A stretch of DNA of 64,000 nt. Source: Geosiphon pyriformis uo1 (lineage: Eukaryota > Fungi > Glomeromycota). Below the pieces are notes generated by a model. That model was not told the DNA's origin, made no database searches, and saw nothing but the letters and a program-made list of their open reading frames with translations. Shown one piece after another: positions 39,388 through 52,818 of the stretch (position 1 is its first letter; every line of letters starts with the position of its first letter). The translations under genes were made by a program, and so were the position numbers. The stretch covers positions 690,635 through 754,634 of the forward strand of contig JAAOMT010000617.1 of the NCBI GenBank assembly GCA_016748015.1. The letters are read 5' to 3'.

Positions 39388-42300
39388 TGTTACTCATAGA
39401 ATATAGGAATTAAATATTAGTACATAAATTAGCCAATCAGAATAAACATAGTAAAAGTAGAATTCCAAAATTTTTCTTAGAGGAATTGCAGAATTCCAAA
39501 AATTTTAGGATTCTTATATAAAGAATTGCAGGATTCCAGGAATTCCAGAATTTCTGGCTAGAAAATTGAGGAATTTAAAAAATCTCATACAATAAAATTT
39601 ATGTATATATAGTAGTAGTATCAGAAGCTAGAAAATCAGTCAAGTAGACTCTCAGAGTCAATTAAGCGCAAAGTTAAGAAGACTGAAAGTTAGTAAGACT
39701 CTTAGAGTTAATTAGATTCACAGATCATAATTATTAAATACCCTTCTTTCAAAAAATAGAATACTATAACTTGAAGTAAAATTACTTCTATATTAATGAA
39801 ATTATCTATTATCCTTAAATTCATGTTATTATCCACTACTTAACCTGTTGGCATAATAGCTCTTAATTATGGCTATTGACAAAATACTTATTTCTTATTT
39901 TATTTTATTTATTTATTTTTATTTATTTATTTATTTTTTTTTGTTATTTACTAAATTGATTAAAAAGATTAATATGCTGAGTTATTGACATCAAGGATTG
40001 TCTGGTAAAAGACCCCTGTGAATGGGTAAAGCATATAAAAGAATTATAGATTACTTATTAAAGGAATACCAGCCATCAAACTAAAGAAAAAAATTGACAG
40101 AATTGCAATTCTGGAAAGCTATGAATAAACAACTATTAAATCTCTGTTTATTATACAAAAGACTCAACCAAAACCTTCAAATCACAAAAACCTTCAGAAA
40201 CTAACATTATTAACTATCAATTAAGCACCAAGTTATGAGTTTGTTATTTGCTTTGAGAACCCAAATAATCATTTATAACATTTAGTGCTCCCTGTGAGGT
40301 ATAATCCAACAAAAAACCAGTACCAACAACAACCATACAGAAAAGTGGCATACTAAGAGAAAACAAAGGAAAATCACTTAGAATTTGTAAAATCCTTATT
40401 TTACTTTTACCATTGATAAATTTGTTAAAAACTTATTAAATTAAAACTCTAATTATTTAATTGTTAAAAACCTGAACATTTGAAATGTACTGTTGATAAA
40501 TTTGTTAAAACTTGTTAAATTAAAACTCTGTTTATTCAAAACCCAATCATTAAAACCCTAAATATTCGAAACTTACCCTTAATAAATTTGTTAAAAAAAC
40601 TCATTAAATTAAAACTCTGATTATTCAAGATCTGATTATTAAAACTCTATTTATTCAAAACCCAATCATTAAAACCCCAAACATTCCAAACTTACCTTTA
40701 ATAAACTCATTAAAACTCCAATTATTCAAAAACTGATTGTTCAAAAAACCCAAATATTCAAAACCTAATAAATTTCAACTCCACTATTGTACAAAAAAAC
40801 TTACCAATCAATAAAACTCATTAAATCTTTAACAATTTAAACTCTGGGAATTATTCAAAAACCTAAACATTCGAAGTCTAATAAATTCCAAACACCACTA
40901 TTATACAAGGAAATTTATCTCCAATAGTTCAATAAAACCTAATTCCCACAGTACTAATAAATTAAAAAAACTCACTTGATGGTCCTAAGTCAGAATATTG
41001 AGATGTAGTTACAATTCACTTCCATGTTTCATATATTCAAAGAAGAGCCAATTAGCAAGAACAAATGAGAATTAGAATCAAAACTTAATCCTAATTCAAA
41101 CTTTATTGATAACAACAATAATTCAAACTCTGCTAATGACAATGACAATTCAAACTTTGCCAACAACAATTCAAACTCCATTTCAAATACTGAACAATAT
41201 ATTACACTTCTAGATCTTATAATAAAGCAGAAATTAACTCAATTCAATGATAATAATGAGGGCATTATGTCTAAACATGCACACAATACAGATGCAAGAT
41301 TTGAAATTGATATTCTGGACAGACCACTATAGTTAAAAACTCCAGTTACATATAAAATTGAATTTAAAAAAAAATAGCAATAGAAATTACAGCAACAATA
41401 TTGATACAAAAAAAAGATTTAAAAGATTTCACAGAAGTTCAATATTAAAGGAGGGAATAATATTACTTATAGAATATAAGAATTAAATATTAGTACATAA
41501 ATTAGCCAATCAGAATAAATATAGTAAAAATAGAATTCCAGGATTCTTTTCAAAGGAATTGCAGAATTCCAGAAATTTCAGGATTCTCATATAAAGAATT
41601 GTAGGATTCCAAAATTCCAGAATTTTTCTCAAAAAAATTGCAGGATTCCAGGAATTCCAAGATTCTTGGCTAGAGAATTGAAGAATTCAAGAAATCTTAT
41701 ATAATAAAATTTATGTATATATAGCAGTAGTATTAGAAGCTAGAAAATCAGTTAAGTAGACTTCCAAAGTCAATTAGGCTTAAAGTTAAGAAGACTGAGA
41801 GTTAATAGAACTCTTAGAGTTAATTAAACTCACAGGTCATAATTATTAAATACTCTTTTTTCAAAAAATAAAATACTATAACTTAAAGTAAAATCACTCC
41901 CATATTAATGAAATTATCTATTATCCTTAAATTCATGTTATTATTTACTACTTAACCTGCTGGTACAATAGCTCTTAATCATGACTATTAACAAGACACT
42001 TATTTCTTTTTTTTTTTTTTTTTTATTTTATTTTATTTTATTTTTTTTATTTTCTTTTGTTATTCACTAAATTGATTAAAAAAATTAAAGCACTGAGTTA
42101 TTAACATCAAAGATTGCCTGATAAAAGACTTCTGCGAGTGGATAGAGTACATAAAAGAATTACAAATTACTTACCAGAGGAGTATTGGCCATTAAGCTGA
42201 AGAAAAAAATTGACAGAATTGCAATTCTGGGAAGCTACAGATAAACAACTATTGAATCTCTGTTTATTATACAAAGAACTCAACCAAAACCTTCAGATCA

Positions 42301-42396
42301 CAAAAACCTTCAAAAACCAACATCATTAACCATCAATTAAGCACCAAGTTATGGGTTTGTTATTTGCTTTAAGAACCCAAATAATTACCTATAACA
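39388..42396 (+). mobile_element. Non-autonomous family-2 LTR element J (LTRs 39388-40280 and 41461-42396; ~1.2-kb internally deleted body)
   Basis: Paired LTRs, PBS TTTAGTGCTCCCTGTGAGG, PPT AAAGGAGGGAATAA, TSD CCGA/CTGA. No RT or IN. Confidence 0.92.
40405..40960 (+). repeat. Imperfect internal repeats in element J
   Basis: Recurrent units TTGATAAATTTGTTAAAA(A)CTT(A/G)TTAAATTAAAACTCT and TATTCAAAACCCAATCATTAAAACCC. Confidence 0.7.
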
Positions 42397-45305
42397 CTGA
42401 GAGTTTATCTAAGCCAAGTGTGGCTAAAGCTCATTCAGATATGCATTTTTTTGTAAATGTGATACTCAGGAAGGCTATTATGGACAAACAATTTTCTTAT
42501 TTGGTGTTAGCTGTTTTGTAGTTCATTGTTAGTTACAGAACCCAATTTAATTTTATATCATTGAGTGTATATTACAAGTAAGATATTATGGTTAAAAAAA
42601 GCTTTAAATCTAAGGTAGATCTGCCACATAATTTTTCTAGTGAGACTTTGTACTATTCATCATTATATGGTCTAAAGTCTTTTAAACAAGTGCAATCAGA
42701 GAATAAATTGGCTTTTGTGGTCTTATTTTTTAATACTCTTAACATTATTGGTCAGTTATTTCATTATAGGTTCTTGGATCTGTAGGTTTTGGGGTGGGCT
42801 TCTTTGAATCCTTTGCAGTTCTCTGTTAAGTTGTTTGTTAATTCTGTGAACAATTTTTTGGCTGGTGTGGTTAAGCTTTTTTTAAGTAATGAGCTGTCTT
42901 TGGCAAAAAATTTGTCCAATGCCTTTCATTGTTTTGGTGTTTTCTCTATGTTGTTTATTCTCGGGAAGGCTTTATATTTCAGTTCTGTTTATTCTTTAAA
43001 GTGTTTCAAAGTTGCTTTTGATGATAGACTCTTTGATAAAAAAGACTGTATTATGGATTGGAAAACCTTCTGTTGGTAAAAAAAATTGGATCTCAGAGGC
43101 TCTGTTTCTTACTAGTTTGATATTATGTCAAGATTTCTGCAGTTATGGCTCTTTGCCACCAGTTTTGTTTGTTTTTTTTCAGCCAGATAGATTGAGTGTT
43201 TTGAACTCCAGTAAGTTTACCAAAGTGCAAGATAGTTTGCATAAGGTTTGATCTGGTTTATTTGAAGTTTATTCTGATAATTTATTGAAAAATGCTGGCT
43301 CTGTTGATATAATTAGTAGTGCTGCTGCATATTTTCTAGCATTAAACATAAGTGTTAGTGTAGGAGTACATGGTCTTATCTCTTCTACTATGGCTAAGTT
43401 GTAGACTGTTGCTTTGTCTCTAAAGTGTATGCTGTCTTTTTGTTCTTTGGTTTTACATGTTAACAGTTAAGCAGCTATTGATGCATATATGTCAGAGATG
43501 GCTTTGGCTGTATTTGATTTCCACAACCAGTACTGGATTGAAAGAAGACATATTTTTAATTTAATTAAGGATAAGGATCTCACAGTTAGTTGAATTAAGA
43601 TCAAGGGTCATTCTGGAGTTTATGGTAATAATAGAGTGGATGTTGCTGCTGGCATGACTGCTGGTTCTCTTTTTTATTTGCTGGCAGATGTGTGAACATT
43701 TTTTGTTGGCTGAGAACACTGCTTTTTCCAGCAATACTTACCATTTTGTCAGGAATATTTTTAGGTCTGTTTGTTGTGCTTGATAGAAGACTAGTCTTGG
43801 CCATAATATGATTTCTGGTTCATTTGTCATGAATATTAATTGGGATATTACTACAAAGGTCTGACACCTGGACTCATACATACTTGCTGGTTCTACGAGT
43901 TGGAAGTTGTTTAATCTTTGCACTTACTTAATAAAGGCAGTATATAAGCAGTTGCCTGTGGCTGTCAGGAAAAGATTGTATAATAAAAGTTATCTTGGTG
44001 TGCTGTATTTGTTGTGTAATGAGATGACATTTTTACTTGTAACCAAAATATTGGTGTTTGGAGTGAGATTTTGGCAAAAGTCTTCATATAGTGGACTGTT
44101 TTGGCAGATGTTCTTGGTCTGTTTTCTTCTTTTGTTGTTTTGAGAACACTCTTTCATTGTTTGTCAAATTTTGGGATTTATGCTGTTGTATACAAAGAAT
44201 TTGTGCTTAAAGATTGGTTTGCAGAGGCTGTTAAGATTTTTAATTATAGAAAAAAAGTCACTTCTACTGTTGTTAATTTTGTAAAATATCTGGTAAAGAA
44301 GCATTGTTCTAGGGTATAGCTGTTGAGATCAAAGTTTAGAGTTGATATAGAAAAAGCTGATTTGGTTGGGAATGGGAGTGTAATATCAGATTTGTTTTGT
44401 AGTTTAGTATCTATTTTTTCAGATGGTATGGTCAAAATGCTCAGTATTGTTGAGTCTTTTGCTGTTAGTTTTGGTCATTAGAGGTCCTGTCTTTTTTACT
44501 CTGATTTAGATGATAATATTCATGTTTATATAATTGTGTAATATTGTTTTATCTGGTCTGAGTGACTAGTCACATGTAGTAAGTGTATAAGTTATGTTTA
44601 GTTTGAGCCACTTAATCTGGCTCTATGTACTAGATAGCAGTTGGACTTCACTCATTAAGTTTTAATAATTTTATATTTAATTTTGATTTGGTTTTGCTTA
44701 GATTGTTAAATTTTTTGATAAATAGCAAAATAAAAATTTATTATATAATTTTAAATAATAATTGAATTACACTTTGTTAAAACAAATAAAATAATACAGT
44801 TATATAAAATTTTAAAATAATAAAATAATTAAAAACATTTAGAATATTTTATTTACAAAAATAACTTTAATGTTATTATAGTATATTAAAATAAAATATC
44901 TATATATTCGTAAAAAACTTTATAGTTTATAAACTTAAAGTTTAATCAAAATGTGTTATAAACAAATTTTGATTAATTTAAATGGTTAATTATATGTAAA
45001 ATATATATATATGTTGCATAAATTGTAAAAAAAACTACACTCAATGAAAAAATAAAATAAAAATTTACATATAAAAAGTAAACAACCATATAATAAACAC
45101 TAAAAACATTAAATAATGATTCTTTTGGTAATTCGGCAGTAAATGTTAATGTCATGTGGTTCAATCCAGGCTTGCTCTTGAAAATTTGATTGTGTGATTC
45201 ATCTTTCACCTATCGATTCATCAGTTGATTTTTCAAACTTTCCGCGGTTTTTCAAGTATCATAAATAAATCTAATATCTGTGTTTAGCTTTTTCATGCAA
45301 AATAA

Positions 45306-46722
45306 ATGGCATATTACGTTGAGCCTTCAAAGTCTATGGAAGGTGTTCTGCCAACAATCATACAACCTACAGAACCAAACGGCCAGTTTCACGGTCCACT
45401 ACCACCACCCGACTTTGTGGTATAACATTAGACGATATTGATATATTTCGAACTTTTTTCGCTAAGCTATACGCTCAAACTTGTTTTATACCTACATTAG
45501 CGCCAACCTCCCGCTTCAGTGACAAAAGAGTCACCTGAAACACAAATAAAAATTCCTAACCAGTCATTTCTTCCACTGAAAGCTCTGCCATCTCAACTTC
45601 CAGAGATAAGGCAAGAATCCCTGGAAGGGAAAAGAGAAGCTGCCCTTGTAAAACGTGACCGTGATAGCTCTCGATCTAGGATGCGTTCGCGTTCTCGGCG
45701 GCATTCACCCTCAAAAAGTCATTCGCGCAGCCATAGTCCTAAAAGATATGGTCGTGCTTCAAGAAGACATAGACGTCGTTCTCCTTCTAAAATTTCTTCC
45801 AGCAGAAGTCGTTCTGGAAGTAGAGATAGGCATCAAAGGTATCAATGCTTCGCTTTAGTATATTAAAAATATTTTCAACCTTAAACTCTTTATAGCTCTC
45901 GTAGTCGTCGTGATAGAAGCCTCATCAGAAGTAAGTATAGCCGAGATCGAAGTATCAGTCGTGGAAGGAGGAGAACCCGTCGAGATATTCGCGATGTAAG
46001 CTTTTGTGGTCCTTGAATAAATAAAATCTTGTACAATTTATCATTTATGTTCTACCTTCAAGGAACCTGAACCTAGTCGTGTCCTGGGTGTTTTTAACTT
46101 AAGTCTTCGGACCGAAGAACGTGATTTGAAGCATATTTTCGAACAATATGGCAAGGTCAACGAAGTGATTATAGTGTATGATCACAGGGTATGGAATCTG
46201 AAATTTATTATAAAATGAAAACTTCTTAATTTTTATATATTTTGACCAATTATACTTATTTTAATTACTATAAGACCGAACGCTCTCGTGGTTTTGGTTT
46301 TGTCTACATGGACACCATCAGTGATGCTACCAATGCAAAGGAGAAAACGAATGCAATGGTATGAAATCTAAACTGCTATTGTTACATTTACCATTTTGCA
46401 TGGTCTTTAAGATATCCAAATATTTATTTCTTTAAAGGAACTTAACGGCAGGAACATGCGCGTTGATTATTCCTTGACACGAAAAGCTCACACGCCTACG
46501 CCAGGGGAATACATGGGTGATAAGACTAGAGGTACGGTTTCCCGTCGCGGTGGAATATATCGACGGTCCCCTTCTGACTCTCCACGGCGTCATAGGAGGA
46601 AAGTTCGTTCACGGTCTCGATCACGTAGTTGGTCAAGGGACAGAGGTAGATCTCGCAGCCCCAGCTATACCAAACGTCGTTCTTATAGCCGCTCCAGGAG
46701 GTCCGGCAGTTATTCTCGCTAA
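45306..46722 (+). CDS. TRA2: Transformer-2-like SR splicing factor (RS-RRM-RS); exons 45306-45419, 45501-45838, 45896-45995, 46063-46188, 46275-46358, 46438-46722
   Basis: All five introns are GT-AG and splicing keeps frame. RRM VLGVFNLSLRTEERDL...RSRGFGFVYM is followed by the TRA2 signature RVDYSLTRKAHTPTPGEYMG. RS domains on both sides. Confidence 0.92.
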
Positions 46723-48411
46723 TATGGTATCTTCTGCAAAATCTTATTTCTTGCGTCCTTTCTACTTTCGAACCTTTATTCATTGAATGCTCAATATTTT
46801 TTCTTAATATTATCAAATAATAATCAGAATTATCTGCATAGAATGCTGATTTCTAGTATTGTTTCGTCATTCCATCGTTTCTTTGCTTTTATTCTATTTC
46901 TAGAACAAGTTTCAAGAAGAAATTCTCCTTACTGATGATCACCATGAAAGAAGAAATATATATTCTCTGGCGTTTTGCCCATGTCCATATATTCATCCTT
47001 GGAGAAATCAAATGTTTGGGACGTTTTCTTGGTAGACATTAGGTGAAGTTTGCGTTTCTATTGCTATACACATTTTTTTCTGTTTTTTCCTTCTTTTGCG
47101 ATCTCTTTCACTCCTAGTACCATAGCAGTAGGATCCCAGAATAAATACCGAGATCATTAGGCGAAAAATATTCTCCCTATCTGTAACATGCTCACATTGC
47201 CTCTCCCCGCTATTTCAAGTTTGGGGCAGAATATTGAAGTCATACAAAGTTAATGAAAATATGAAGAAGGCGGCCCTCAATCTTTGATACGCATTAAGGA
47301 GGGCTTTCTCGGGCAAACTCTCCCCATCATCTCATTATCTTCGAATGTGAAGGAAAACTCTATCTTAGCAAGAAATTTGAAGCAAAACGAAATCAGAACC
47401 TGAGGAAACGTCCTTTACCATATCCATTCTCATACAAAAGAGAACACCTCAATATTTGAAAGTGCCACGATCAAGTTTTTAGAAGAGCTTATAAAATTGT
47501 GAAGGTTTACATACATATTCACACGAAAGGTGATTGCAACCATAAAAGCCTATAAATTTATTGATTTCTCTTTCCTCCTGTAAATCCTTGGTGCTACATT
47601 ATAAGTTTGCATCTCTTCGCATAATCCCGGCAAAATCGCAAAGTATAAGAGACGAACAGGAAGCGAACTTCGATATATATTAGAGCCGATTATAAAACGA
47701 TATCTCCAGACATACTTTTGCATCCCCAGTTTGAAGAATTCATAATAATTCGGGAAAGGTAAAGCAAAAAATCACGTAAACTAGCTCAGGTATTTTTATT
47801 CTACTTTAGTTCTTCGCTGAGTGGGATCCTACTTGAAAATTTTGTTCGTTAGCTGTTATTTGATAACGCAGTAAATTCAATGTACTAACATGTCCGGAGA
47901 AAGAATTATAAATTTCAAGACATAGGTCCACAGTCGATAATTCTATTGATTCCCCTAACCAATTCAACGATCTCATTCGTTCGTGACCTGCCAAAATTCT
48001 CAGGCGGTCTGCTTCACATTAGGTTTTACACTGTTTAGAAATTTAAATTCGAATTTCTGTAACCTCATTGGGTAAATTGGCCCATTACAGATTATTATGT
48101 AAAACTGGCAAAGCTCTTGAATGATCGATAATCATATATTTTTTATTTCAAACATTTATTGCCAATAAGATCTGATTGGCCTACGAACAATTATATATAT
48201 TAAGATTGGATTCTTACGGATTCTACATACCTAATGTATTTGTGTATTAATAAAAATTGGAGATTAATGGTTTTCTGAAAACCCGAATTATACAGAATAA
48301 GTTTGTTTCCGTCACAATTTTCGAAATATTATCCAATAGTCGTAGTTGCCGCAGCATCAAAATGATTACTATATTTCGAACTTGAACAAAAATTTCAATA
48401 AATATTATATT

Positions 48412-50082
48412 TTAAGGTGCCAACTCCTTCTCATTCTTTATTGCCAAATTTGCCTCACGAGAGCTGTGGCTACTTGCCGACATCGGCAAGTAACCATTTT
48501 GATGTCGCGTTATCACTTTCTGTTGTGCAGATTTCGCCACAGTATATACAATTCCCGCGACAAAACCTAAATTTTGATTCAATAAGAGTATTCAGGGTTT
48601 CAGAATATGAAAAGCAACAAAACTTGTTGAAATTTATGCATTAAGTTGCATTTACCAACAAAGACCGCTGATACACTTCCTAAAGTTATCGGATCGCCAA
48701 AGAAGATCATCCCACTAATTGCAACTGGTAATTTGTTAAGTGCGCCAACCATGCTGTATGTTGTGCTACTTGTAACTCGAATGCACCATGCAGACGCGTA
48801 CGAAATACCAAATGCTGAAATCCCGGAAAACAGTATTGCGGTAATGATTTGGTTGCGCATTTCGGAGGGGCTATAGTTCGAACCATTTAATCATAAAATT
48901 ATATTATTTCATAAATTGGCAAATTTTAACTGGATAAAAATAAACCAATACTTACAAATTGGTCTCTAAATTCGAGATGGACCAGTCTTCCAACAAGATG
49001 CTCATGATAACAAGGAATGGGATGGAGAGCAAATTATTATAAAAAACTGTATCGAAATCCTTAAATCCAGTCAAAGTAATTCGTTTTCGCATTGTTAAAG
49101 TGAATGATGCCGTCGCTAAACAATTGATTCCCATCCAAAAATATCCCATGTTGAAGGAAGATTCAGATGTAATAGCGATATTAGTTGTTATATCAGCCCA
49201 AGCGGCAATTACAGATGAACCAATCTGGTAATAGAGTCATACATTAATGGTTGGATTATAACAATTAAAACATATAATATTAGGAAATTACCATTAAAAT
49301 GAAGCTTGTAACCATCAATCGCGTAACTGAGCCACCAAACCACAAAACTTCACCATAAGCAATCAAAATGATAGTCAAATTTTTAAATATTGTGTACACA
49401 GGTATCGAAAGGAATTGCAGACTAATGAAAAAGAGATTAGAATGATCTGAAATAACTTGAAAAATGATTTTAATATTTACCTTTTACTTCCAGTATAAAT
49501 CATCGCAATTAAAAGAAAGACAATAGGTAACCCTAATTTATTCAAACGAAAAGTTATTGCTATAAACGGAGTGTGGGTGAATTTCTAAAAAATCTTCACT
49601 CACACTTTTTTGATATATGTGACTCAATTTCACGAAAATTTATTAAATTAAAGGCTTTGAAGCCGTAAAGTAAAATAACGCAAACAATAGACTAGAAAAA
49701 CCAATGAATAATCAATTAGTTAGAATTAATCATATACAACGGCTTTTTTCTTTGAAGCTAGTGAGAATCCCAGATATCCTTCGAAGTATAAAACACAAAA
49801 GACTAGCTTGAAAACAATGATTCTAACCTGGATTGTTAGCAATAGAAAGTTCATGTTGAATTCATACGCCGAAAGTACATATTTGTTCGTCACGGTCATC
49901 AAGATGCTGGCCCCGCAATAACTTAAAATAGGTAAAGCACGGGTTGCTGCGACAGCAGATTTAATTCCAGGCTTTCGCAAATTTTTAGCCAATATAGGGG
50001 GAGCTTGTTGTGGTATAGCGACACTTTCGTCATCACCTATTAAAAGTTTATACTCTTTTGTGTTCGGCTGGGGCCTAGACAT
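48412..50082 (-). CDS. VRG4: Golgi GDP-mannose transporter (multi-exon)
   Basis: [36 protein letters not shown] and the family signature [15 protein letters not shown]. Last exon ends ...KELAP-TAA at 48412. Confidence 0.93.
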
Positions 50083-50569
50083 TTTAGATGGTGTCGGTAG
50101 TTAAAAGTGAGAATACCGAGGAGGGTTAAAAAATGTGGAGAGGTAATCTCAAGATGGACTTGTGTAGATTTGAAAAAAGAAGGTCGAATTTTGAATTTAA
50201 AAATTATTGTTATTTGATAAACTGAGGAATAATCAGAAGCATTTAGATTTTTAAATCGAGTATAAGTACGAGGTTCCAAATTAGGCAATTCAGGGAGAAA
50301 AGTATAGATGCTTTAATCAGAATCAATTAAGTATAAATCATGTGTCTTTATATGTGACTATCCTTACATGTAAAAAAAATTTTGTAATTAAATATTTAAC
50401 TACTTATTATTTAAAGTTCTAAAATGAAAATATTAATAAATATTTATATATTTTTAATTGAATTAATAATTTAAATTTAATTACAAAGTGCTGTTGTTTA
50501 TTAAAAACAACAAAAAAAATATTACTTAAAAAGTAATTTATTAATTTAATATAATTAATATATATTTAT

Positions 50570-50606
<37 letters not shown>

Positions 50607-52818
50607 GTGCAGTCTAATCACTATTTGGTATACAAAAACAAACTAAATAAATCTAACCAAATGTAATTTATGTTCTTACTATATGTGACCAGCTACTTAG
50701 ACCAATTAAAACTATACTATATACTTATATATATTTTCATACTATTATAAATACTTAAAAAAAATAAACAAGCTCTTTACAAACCAAAACTTATAACAAA
50801 CAACTTTTTAACACCAAAAAAATGAACAATGCCTGCTGATAGACAGCCAAACACATAATTAGAAAGAGCAAAGATTACTGTTATATTATTAATCAGGTTA
50901 CTTTTTTCTATATCTATCTTGAACTTTGCTTTAAACAACTACAGCTTACTCTGATGTTTCTTAGTTAAACATTGAGCAAAATCAATTACCACCAAAACAA
51001 CTCTTTTTCTATTACCAAAAATATAATCACCTTATTTGTCTAACTTCTAAAAACAAATTCTTTGCATAAAATTACATAAACACTAATGTTCAATATCTCA
51101 AAAAAGAGAGTACATAACACTGAAAATAATAATAGAAAGCAGCTAACTACTAAAAACTTCTACAAATCAATATGGTTTAATAAAATTTTAAAGCATGTTT
51201 TTGTCTTCTTTGAGCAAATAAAAACATGATCAGATAATTCCATATTATCATATATTAAGCATAATATCTTAGGATAATTTTTGTTATAAAGTCTTTTTCT
51301 AATAACAACAGACAGCTTTTTGTGAACTGTTTTCATCAAATATGTGCAAAAAATAACTAAAATCTTGCTTGTAAATTCTAAAAGCATATGCAAGTCTGAA
51401 TACCAAACTGCCATAATACTAATCCAATTTATATTACTAATTATAACTTCTTTCACTACTTCAGCACTTAGACCAGCTTTTCATTAAGCATAATAAACAG
51501 TTTTATAAATGTTTCAAACAAAATGGTAAGCATTTTCTAATACAACTTTTCTATTAGCTACAATAAACTTTTTATGAATTTTTTTAGAGAAAACAAAACC
51601 AGAATGTGCAGTATTATATGTCAAAGCATTAACTCTATCATTACTAATATTTCCTAAATGTTTTTTGACTTTCATCTACTTAACTGAAATATATTTAGCT
51701 CTGATCAAATTAACTATATAATGTCTTTCTACTTAGCATTTGTTCCAAAAGTCCAGCAAATATAGTTTAATTTTCAAAGCATATGCATTTAAGACAGTTT
51801 AACTGTTTATATACACAATTATTAAACAAAAAAAAGACATGTCTTCCAGTATTAGAGTGATTGCCTAAAGTTTTATCAATGTAGAAAACAGCAATATATG
51901 TATTTTAACACCTATATCCAATTCAATATTAGAAAAATAAGCTGCTACTCTACCAACAACCTTTGTAATATCCAACTGTTTCAGAAATCCATCTATGTAA
52001 ATGTTAAAAACATCAGTCTATAGTCTATGTAAATGCTTTCAAACATTCGAAAATTTACCTAAACAAATAGCCAAAAATGAAAACAATTACATTAATTTTG
52101 GTTAGATAAACACTTATGTAGATTGAAGTCTTTTTAAATTACAAAGACATTAAATTTTTAGCACTTAATTTTTTTTAGCAATAAAAAGTTTTTTAATTCA
52201 TCACAGACCAATACTTATCTAACAATCTGTTATCAAAAGTAATACCAAAATATTTTAAAAAAAAAACCACACCATAATAAAAAGAGTCTTCCAGAATTTT
52301 AGACATAAAAAAACAATTAGTGTCACAAAATATACTGGACAAATTGTTGGTCAAAAATATCTTATTATCCAAAAAATTCTTACAATACCTATTAAAAAAT
52401 TGTTCATAGAACTAACTTTTAATCTGACAAAATACTGCAGAGAGTTTATTAAAATTCATTTTAAAACTTGCAAATCCAAAAAGCAATGCTTAAACAAATG
52501 ACTAAAGATTTTAGATATAATTAAGAACTTAACTAGTAAAAAAATTTTGTCTTCCATTTGTATTTGTTTAAATAATTTCAGCTTATAAAGAAAAAGATAA
52601 TACAAAGTTTTACCAGAAAAATCTCTTGGCAGGTTGGCTTTAGATTTGAATTTTTTTTTCAACAACATATTTTATTTTTGATATACACTCTTAAATACAA
52701 AACTGAATTGTATATGGTAGTTAATAATAGTGTTATGGTTGAAACCCATAGTTTTTATTAGTTATCACATGTATTAGCCATTGATGTCATATAATTAGCC
52801 ACCCTATTTTTAGATAGT

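Larger units (their letters stand above)
36851..44541 (+). pseudogene. LINE ORF2: AP endonuclease, reverse transcriptase, RNase H (split by 39388-42396)
   Basis: Domain motifs as above. Many stops fall at expected Trp/Gln positions. Terminal TAA at 44539-44541. Confidence 0.88.
34877..44670 (+). mobile_element. Near full-length non-LTR retrotransposon (LINE-1 of this window; ORF1 plus APE-RT-RNase H ORF2), interrupted by LTR element J
   Basis: ORF1 knuckle CAKCKQFGHISNVC. APE start WKFATCNVKG..ETK and DFN motif. RT QDMHKAYD and AFVDDTIW. RNase H IKGHSGVYGNNRVD. Conserved 3' UTR. Ends approximate. Confidence 0.92.

Noticed and set aside
44670-45120. ORF 44973-45209 and the AT-rich block as a gene or element
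   Set aside because: Low-complexity AT-rich spacer with no supportable termini or domain.
46930-47030. Possible box C/D snoRNA (TGATGA)
   Set aside because: No box D CTGA or terminal stem at a suitable distance.
47806-47994. 62-aa ORF between TRA2 and VRG4
   Set aside because: Short, non-ATG start, no recognisable domain or supporting exons.
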